A stretch of 64,000 nucleotides of DNA from an uncultured Flavobacteriaceae bacterium (lineage in GTDB: Bacteria; Bacteroidota; Bacteroidia; Flavobacteriales; Flavobacteriaceae): assembly GCA_963839235.1 (NCBI GenBank), contig CAWITX010000002.1, positions 118,255 to 182,254 on the forward strand, in the 5' to 3' direction. Positions within the stretch are counted from its first letter, which is position 1. Every line of letters starts with the position of its first letter. Positions 58,069 to 64,000 of this stretch are shown piece after piece. Below the pieces are notes generated by a model, which made no database searches, was not told the DNA's origin, and worked only from the letters and a program-made list of their open reading frames with translations. The translations under genes were made by a program, and so were the position numbers.

Positions 58069-59031
58069 TTAAGCTGTAACCTCAGTTTCTACGGTAGCTA
58101 AATAACGCTCCGCATCAAGTGCCGCCATACAACCGGTTCCCGCAGCCGTAACGGCTTGGCGGTATTCCTTATCCTGTACATCGCCGCTGGCAAAAACGCC
58201 AGGCTTATTTGTTTTAGTGGTTTTTCCTTTGGTTATCAAATAACCGGTATCATCCATATCTAGCTGACCTTTGAAAATTTCAGTATTTGGTTTGTGTCCT
58301 ATTGCTATAAAAAGACCTGTTATTTTTATTTCTTCCTTTTCACCAGTTTCATTGTTTACTATCCGCAAACCTTCCACTACTTGCTCTCCCAAAACTTCAT
58401 CTACTTCGGTATTGTATCGCACTTCCAGATTTTTGGTATTTTCTACCCTATGCTGCATTGCTTTTGATGCTTTCATATAATCCTTTCGTACCAACATAGT
58501 TACTTTGTTGCAAATGTTGGCCAAGTAGGTAGCTTCCTCGGCAGCGGTATCTCCTGCCCCAACGATTGCTACATCCTGATTTTTATAAAAGAAACCATCG
58601 CAAACTGCACAAGCAGAAACGCCTCCGCCTCTCAACCTTTGCTCGCTTGGCAAACCTAAATATTTTGCGGTGGCACCAGTGGAAATTATCACAGTTTCCG
58701 CTTCAATTTTTGTTGAATTGTCCACCGTAATTTTATGAATACCCCCCACTTCATCACTAAACTCAACATCCGTAACCATTCCAATTCGCACTTGTGTTCC
58801 AAACCGTTCGGCCTGTTGCTGTAGTTGTACCATCATAGTTGGTCCATCAATCCCATCTGGATAGCCCGGAAAATTATCAACCTCCGTAGTAGTTGTCAGC
58901 TGTCCGCCCGGTTCCATTCCGGTGTACATAACGGGTTTTAAGTCGGCTCGCGCCGCATAGATGGCGGCAGTATAACCCGCGGGGCCAGAACCTATAATAA
59001 GGCATTTTATCTTTTCAATGGTATTACTCAT
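58069..59031 (-). CDS. trxB: thioredoxin-disulfide reductase
   Basis: GSGPAGYTAAIYA FAD motif, redox-active CAVCDG and the GAGDTAAEEA NADPH motif. Confidence 0.95.
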   Translation of the reverse strand: MSNTIEKIKCLIIGSGPAGYTAAIYAARADLKPVMYTGMEPGGQLTTTTEVDNFPGYPDGIDGPTMMVQLQQQAERFGTQVRIGMVTDVEFSDEVGGIHKITVDNSTKIEAETVIISTGATAKYLGLPSEQRLRGGGVSACAVCDGFFYKNQDVAIVGAGDTAAEEATYLANICNKVTMLVRKDYMKASKAMQHRVENTKNLEVRYNTEVDEVLGEQVVEGLRIVNNETGEKEEIKITGLFIAIGHKPNTEIFKGQLDMDDTGYLITKGKTTKTNKPGVFASGDVQDKEYRQAVTAAGTGCMAALDAERYLATVETEVTA

Positions 59032-59124
59032 GGTATCGTTTTCAATATTATTTTAGGAATGGTAAAAGTAGCAACTTTCATAGAAATTGGCATTTAAAAG
59101 TTATGAAGAATTGTTATTAACGTA

Positions 59125-60666
59125 TCAGGCGTGGCTATCATTTCTTTGGGGAAAATTTATTTGGAGCACCTCTGAACACTTTTTTCGTATTCTTTTGAAT
59201 TCTTCCACATTGCTATCAACATCCTTATTCCAAAAAGGTATCATTTCTGAAAATTTTTGTTGCCATTCTTCCGACTTTGCTTTGTCTGGATATGCAAAAT
59301 GAAGCAAATCTATCATAATATCCACGGCAACCGAAGCACCCGGCGAAGCGCCCAAAAGCGCGGTAATCCGGCCGTCCCTACTGTGTACAACCTCAGTTCC
59401 AAACTCAAGAGTTCCACCTTCTTCCTCATCCCGTTTTATAATCTGTACACGTTGACCGGCTACTTTCAGTTCCCAATCCTCATTTTTTGCATCCCGCATA
59501 AATTTCCGCAGTTCTTCCATCCTATCCTCATGCCCCATACGCACCTGTTCAATCAAATATTTTGTAAGCGGAATATTATGCCAGAATACACCCCACATTG
59601 AAGGAATGTTATCCCATTTTATGCTTTTGAATAAATCCAGATAAGATCCCTCCTTTAAAAATTTCGTGCTGAAGCCCGCAAAAGGCCCAAAAAGAAGTTC
59701 CCGTTTTCCGTCAATGTAACGTGTGTCCAAATGCGGCATGGACATTGGCGGAGCGCCGACCTCAGCCTTTCCGTACACTTTTGCGTGATGTTTTTCAATA
59801 ATTTCACGGTTATTGCAAATTAACCACTCCCCGCTCACGGGAAAACCTCCGTAACCATCTTTTTCATCAATTTCAACTTTTTGGAGTAATGGCAATGCTC
59901 CGCCGCCTGCCCCGATGAAGACGTGATCGGCATCGGAGTATATTTTTTTATCGGTTTTTAAATTCTTTACCTCCACCAGCCATTCTTTGCCATCGGTGGG
60001 ATCAACGTCCAAAACTTCATGTTCGGTCAAAACCGGAGTGTCAAATTCTTCTTCCAAAATTTTAAAGAACGTGCGGGTAAGAACTCCATAATTAACCTCT
60101 GTCCCCAATTCCATTCGCGTGGCCGCTACATTTTCTAATTCATTCCTGTTGTGCATTATCAAAGGAAACCACTTTTTCATTTCATTAAAATCTTCGGAAA
60201 ACTGCATACCTTCAAATAAAACGCTCTTTCGCATTTTAGAAACCCGCTTCTTCAGAAATTCTACATTGTCTTCCCCTTCAACCCAACTGTGATGTGGCAC
60301 GGGATGTATGAAATCTTTCGGGGTTTCAATTAGATCATTTTCAATTAAAAACGACCAAAACTGTTTGGATTTTTCAAACTGCTTACAAACTTTTGTTGCC
60401 TTTGAAATATCTATCGACCCATCTTCCCTCTCGGGCGTGTAATTCATTTCACAAAATGCGGAATGTCCCGTGCCCGCATTATTCCACGCGGCGGAACTTT
60501 CCAAGGCAACTTTATCCAATCTTTCCAGAATTAAAATCTTCTGATTTTTATCTATCAGTTTCAACATAAGCGCAAGGGTCGCGCTCATAATTCCCCCGCC
60601 TATACAGATTAAATCGTACTTTTCTTCAATTAAATTTTTGTGTTCCATTTTTTGGCTTTCTTTCAA
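59125..60666 (-). CDS. mqo: malate:quinone oxidoreductase
   Basis: 513 aa with the FAD motif DLICIGGGIMSATLA and SSAAWNNAGTGHSAFCE, FGTEVV and LLGASPGAS, typical of Mqo. Confidence 0.9.
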   Translation of the reverse strand: MKESQKMEHKNLIEEKYDLICIGGGIMSATLALMLKLIDKNQKILILERLDKVALESSAAWNNAGTGHSAFCEMNYTPEREDGSIDISKATKVCKQFEKSKQFWSFLIENDLIETPKDFIHPVPHHSWVEGEDNVEFLKKRVSKMRKSVLFEGMQFSEDFNEMKKWFPLIMHNRNELENVAATRMELGTEVNYGVLTRTFFKILEEEFDTPVLTEHEVLDVDPTDGKEWLVEVKNLKTDKKIYSDADHVFIGAGGGALPLLQKVEIDEKDGYGGFPVSGEWLICNNREIIEKHHAKVYGKAEVGAPPMSMPHLDTRYIDGKRELLFGPFAGFSTKFLKEGSYLDLFKSIKWDNIPSMWGVFWHNIPLTKYLIEQVRMGHEDRMEELRKFMRDAKNEDWELKVAGQRVQIIKRDEEEGGTLEFGTEVVHSRDGRITALLGASPGASVAVDIMIDLLHFAYPDKAKSEEWQQKFSEMIPFWNKDVDSNVEEFKRIRKKCSEVLQINFPQRNDSHA

Positions 60667-60809
60667 AATTAACCATTGAAAAAAGGAATTTCACTTAAAG
60701 AAATATTAATACTTTCTATAGGATTTACCGGTTAAAATGAAAAGAGCATTTATTATAAAAGCTGCTTGCCAAAGTTTATAATTTGATTATTTTTGCCGTC
60801 TAATTGTAG

Positions 60810-60973
60810 AAAAATAACCAGCGGTACTCAATTGAAGTATCAGTTTAAAACATCAATCGGGATGTGGCACTTCGACAGGCTCAGTGTAAACTGCACCACC
60901 GAAGGTTCCGAAACAAAAATAACCAGCGGTACTCAATTGAAGTATCAGTTTAAAACATCAATCGGGATGTGGC
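60810..60973 (+). repeat. perfect 59-nt direct repeat (60810..60868 and 60915..60973) spanning the tRNA-Pro leader plus its first 11 nt, separated by a 46-nt hairpin-forming insert
   Basis: Both copies read aaaaataaccagcggtactcaattgaagtatcagtttaaaacatcaatcgggatgtggc. The insert acttcgacaggctcagtgtaaactgcaccaccgaaggttccgaaac has complementary termini, cttcg...cgaag. Confidence 0.9.
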
Positions 60974-61039
60974 GCAGTCTGGTAGCGTATACGTCTGGGG
61001 GGCGTAGGGTCGCAGGTTCAAATCCTGTCATCCCGACCA
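60963..61039 (+). tRNA. tRNA-Pro (anticodon GGG), CCA encoded
   Basis: Cloverleaf: CGGGATG-TG-GCGC-AGTCTGGTA-GCGT-A-TACGT-CTGGGGG-GCGTA-GGGTC-GCAGG-TTCAAAT-CCTGT-CATCCCG-A-CCA. Confidence 0.9.
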
Positions 61040-61041
61040 AT

Positions 61042-61071
61042 AAAAAAAGACATCTTCGGATGTCTTTTTTT
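61042..61071 (+). terminator. rho-independent terminator after tRNA-Pro
   Basis: Stem agacatc / gatgtct with a ttcg tetraloop, followed by a T7 run. Confidence 0.8.
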
Positions 61072-61309
61072 ATTGGGTGGAAATGAATCCATTTTCCCAT
61101 TTTCAAGCAACTTATTTATTGATTTTGAATGGCCTGCCCAATATAATTCTTCACTATTATATGTGCTATATCCTTGATTATGTCTATAATTATAAAAATG
61201 GTGCGGGAATTTCGGTTTAGGGCAACAAAACCTTTTTTTTGAATTATCATTCCCCAGTGTTTCTATTTAACTTCACCCATAACTGCACGGACCTAATTTT
61301 TAGACTTCA

Positions 61310-61990
61310 ATGATAAACCGTTTATCAAATACTGCTACACAAGAGGACATTGAAGGCTTTTTACATATCCCCTACCAGTATAAATTTTTATACAAGCCCC
61401 AAATTGTTATAAATGGAATGGAAGAAGCCTCTGTGAGCATTGTTACTTCAACATTGCCCAACGCCATTCAATTCGGGATTTGGGGGATTTTACCCGATTC
61501 TTATAATAAGGAATGGACGCATTTCCAAAATTTTGAAAATACGCTTACCACCGAGCTCGCTGTATTGCAACAAAACCATTGGCTATATGAAGCAATTAAA
61601 TACAGAAGATGTTATGTGATTGTAACAGGCTATTTTATACATTCATTGGAGGGAAAAAATTTAAAACCCATATATGTGAGCAAATCCAGTGATAAAATTT
61701 TTTGCTTGGCGGGTATTTATAACACAACTGAAGATGGTTTTATAACCTTTACCCTGCTCACCAAAGGCTCCAATCATTTTCAAACCAAAACAAGCTTCTC
61801 TCCTATTGTGCCGATACTTCTATCTGAAAAGGAACGTGCCTTCTGGACCGGAAAAAACGAATCGGGAAACGACTATTTAGATTTTCTTACTGAACTACAA
61901 CCCATCTATTTAGACCAACATGCGGTTAATCCATCAATTATGGGAAAAGGAAAAAAGTCCCTGCAGATGTTGGAGCCTTACAGAATATAG
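61310..61990 (+). CDS. SRAP (SOS response-associated peptidase / DUF159)-like protein lacking the catalytic Cys2
   Basis: By eye, 226 aa align along their length to the YedK/SRAP pattern (MxxRxS...T.EDI, IWGILP, RRCYVIVTGYF, KPIYV...IFCLAGIY, FTLLT). Residue 2 is Ile instead of Cys, and the IHDR-type His region is not evident. Confidence 0.5.
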   Translation: MINRLSNTATQEDIEGFLHIPYQYKFLYKPQIVINGMEEASVSIVTSTLPNAIQFGIWGILPDSYNKEWTHFQNFENTLTTELAVLQQNHWLYEAIKYRRCYVIVTGYFIHSLEGKNLKPIYVSKSSDKIFCLAGIYNTTEDGFITFTLLTKGSNHFQTKTSFSPIVPILLSEKERAFWTGKNESGNDYLDFLTELQPIYLDQHAVNPSIMGKGKKSLQMLEPYRI

Positions 61991-61997
61991 CACCACC

Positions 61998-63008
61998 TTA
62001 CTTTAAGTGTTTGCGGTAATCGGTTGGAAGTATGCCGTACCTTTCAGAAAAAATCCGGGAAAAGTAGCTTCGGTTTTTATAACCAATACTGTACACTACT
62101 TCCGAGACCGAGAGCTCGGTATTTTTAAGCAAATCGCGAGCTTTCAAAAGTTTCAGTTCCTTTATGTATTCACTCACACTTTGCGAAAAAAGAAGTTTAA
62201 AACCCAGTTGAAGTTTTGGTGGCGCAAGGTCAACTTTTCTTGCTATGCTTTTTACGGAAATACTTTCGCTAAGAGTAGATTGAATATAATTTGTGGCATC
62301 GTGTATTTTCTCAATATCCTTTTGCGAGATAGATTCAGGCAACCAAATGTTGTTTATGAAATTTTCATGCTCCAGCAACTGAAGGCCCAAAATAATATTC
62401 ATATGGCCTTCAATAATCAACGTACGCGCTATACCATCGTGCGGAATCGCTTCCAACTGTTGTATCTGATCTGCGATTTTAAGATTGAAATTTCCGTAGT
62501 GGTTATAAACTGAATTCGGCTTTTTATTTTTGAACAGATCCTGCAAATCTGCCTGGAGGTATTCAATATTGTTGTTTTTTTTATTAATATATTCTTTGGG
62601 GTTGATACGAATTATATTAAGATTAACGTATTCGCCCGCGGAAAAGAAAAAGGAATTTTTGGACTGCGAAGGATACTGCACAATTATATTTTGATAGCTT
62701 TTTAGCTGGTGCTTTTCCTCAGAGGGCATTTTAAAATCCACAGCGCCTTTGGTAAGAAAGATAAAATCAATTGGAACAGCATCCTCAAAAATGAAAGTCA
62801 TAACAACATCTTCCCTAAAAGTTAGGTTAAACCGAAGTAAATTTACTCCATAATTCAGTACCAAACTTTTTACTGCACCTTTCCCGGTTTTGTTGTTAAT
62901 GTGTACCGAAGTCTCACCCCATTCATTTGTAAAATCTACATCAAAAAAATCGGATAAGTAATTAATAAATTCTTTACCGATTCCGTCTGAATAAACGATA
63001 TTGGTCAT
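61998..63008 (-). CDS. AraC family transcriptional regulator
   Basis: C-terminal AraC HTH pair (SVKSIARKVDLAPPKLQLGFKLLF...VSEVVYSIGYKNRSYFSRIFSERYGILPTDYR), with an uncharacterised N-terminal sensor domain of about 220 aa. Confidence 0.85.
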   Translation of the reverse strand: MTNIVYSDGIGKEFINYLSDFFDVDFTNEWGETSVHINNKTGKGAVKSLVLNYGVNLLRFNLTFREDVVMTFIFEDAVPIDFIFLTKGAVDFKMPSEEKHQLKSYQNIIVQYPSQSKNSFFFSAGEYVNLNIIRINPKEYINKKNNNIEYLQADLQDLFKNKKPNSVYNHYGNFNLKIADQIQQLEAIPHDGIARTLIIEGHMNIILGLQLLEHENFINNIWLPESISQKDIEKIHDATNYIQSTLSESISVKSIARKVDLAPPKLQLGFKLLFSQSVSEYIKELKLLKARDLLKNTELSVSEVVYSIGYKNRSYFSRIFSERYGILPTDYRKHLK

Positions 63009-63267
63009 CCTTTTTTCATTCTTTAGAATACAAAGAAATTGGAATAATAAGAATAGACTTAACGATTTTGAACTTTAAATTAACGAAAATTTGGACTAAT
63101 ATCCCTCCCTATTAAAGTCATTGAATTTCATAAACTTACAGGTCAGTTATTGCTGTATCATTTAAAAATAATTTTTCCCTTAGGTTAAGAAATCGTTGCT
63201 TAAAAAATTAAAAAAATAAAGACCTAAAATCGGGGTTTTATGTTGTAACTTATAAAAAATACCAACT

Positions 63268-64000
63268 TTGAAGACCTTCGAAATAAATTCACTCCCGTTG
63301 AATGAAGTGTTGCAAGACCTGGCAGCATGTTTTGGCACGAGATGCGTGCGAAATTGCGACGAATACTTCGTGAAAATCCCCGCTACCTGGGGCAGCGGCT
63401 ACATAAAGGGAATAAGTTTCGGCAGTGGGGTGGGGCTCATTCAGTATGTATGCAAATTCCACACGGATCTAGAATTAATATTTAGCGTAAATAAAATACA
63501 TCCGGTTAAGTTTCTTTATTGTTTGGCAGGTGCAGTTGAGCATCGGTTTCAAAATAATCCGCATTCCAATATTTTAAATAAATACCAAAACGCCATCGTG
63601 GCGAGCCAGGGCAATAATGGCCATATTCTGCGTTTTGCCGCACAAACCCAAACCCGTCTCTGCAGTCTCGAAATAAATAGAAAAGAGTTTAAATCGCATT
63701 TTTCGTGTTACCTCCAAAAAACCACCCTGGGCCTTCAGGAGCTTTTTAATGACGAAACCGCCAAAAGGTCTTTTTATCATGAAGGTTTGTATTCTTTGCA
63801 AATAGCCCATTACATGGAGGAAATTGACGTTTTTAGCCACAAAAACTTGATTAAGCGCATATTTATGGAAGGCAAGGCGTGGCAGATTTTTAGCAGCCAG
63901 CTTATGCAATATGAGGACGCCCTTTATCTTGTGGATGACCGAAAGGTGTTACGTAAATCTGAATTGCAGTCCATTAAACATGCAGTGAAAATAATTGAAA
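63268..64000 (+). CDS. AraC-family regulator paralogue, 5' part only (runs off the window end)
   Basis: Open frame from TTG 63268 (in-frame stop at 63253) to the window end. It is not in the supplied track because it is incomplete. The N-terminal domain has the same layout as 61998..63008, and ...RKSELQSIKHAVKIIE is typical of the region just before the AraC HTH. Confidence 0.6.
   Translation, partial: MKTFEINSLPLNEVLQDLAACFGTRCVRNCDEYFVKIPATWGSGYIKGISFGSGVGLIQYVCKFHTDLELIFSVNKIHPVKFLYCLAGAVEHRFQNNPHSNILNKYQNAIVASQGNNGHILRFAAQTQTRLCSLEINRKEFKSHFSCYLQKTTLGLQELFNDETAKRSFYHEGLYSLQIAHYMEEIDVFSHKNLIKRIFMEGKAWQIFSSQLMQYEDALYLVDDRKVLRKSELQSIKHAVKIIE

Noticed and set aside
60793-61086. A 97-aa plus-strand ORF in the supplied track.
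   Set aside because: It reads straight through the 59-nt direct repeats, the tRNA-Pro gene and its terminator, so it is a translation artefact of non-coding DNA.
63574-63909. A 111-aa minus-strand ORF.
   Set aside because: It lies antisense within a longer open plus-strand frame (63268 to the window end) that has clear similarity in layout to the neighbouring AraC regulator. The plus-strand gene explains the region.

Overview
The window looks like core chromosome from a Flavobacteriaceae-type Bacteroidota genome. Supporting signs are about 40% GC, several proteins with T9SS C-terminal sorting domains, TAnnTTTG-type -7 promoter boxes, many lipoproteins and little Shine-Dalgarno signal. Coding density is high and most genes are housekeeping: rpsF-rpsR-rplI, priA, nadC, rlmH, a DEAD-box helicase, rdgB, trmH-like, cobB, ettA, ndh, trxB, mqo, hutI-hutG, oxyR and bshB1. 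I saw no CRISPR array, transposase, integrase, phage genes or recognisable defence system.

The points worth a second look are:
1. Four genes (hisS, a MacB/FtsX permease, DUF58, DUF2807) carry about 13 single-base frame disruptions between them, while roughly 55 kb of other coding sequence is intact.
2. Both tRNA genes (tRNA-His on the minus strand, tRNA-Pro on the plus strand) are preceded by perfect or near-perfect duplications of their own leader plus 5' end, each interrupted by a hairpin-forming insert.
3. The 18-nt palindrome found in the tRNA-His pseudo-copies recurs inside the linker of a cyclophilin gene.
4. There is a translationally coupled RDD / SpoIIM-like / DUF4129 / DUF4350 / MoxR / DUF58 membrane module of unknown function.
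5. There is a DUF4870-PadR-PspC-DUF2807 envelope module.
6. A two-gene operon of unknown function pairs a 130-aa protein with a probable outer-membrane beta-barrel.
7. An SRAP-like protein lacks the catalytic Cys2.
8. Short tandem 7-8-nt 'word' repeats sit exactly at gene boundaries.

All family assignments come from reading the translations by eye. No database search was run.
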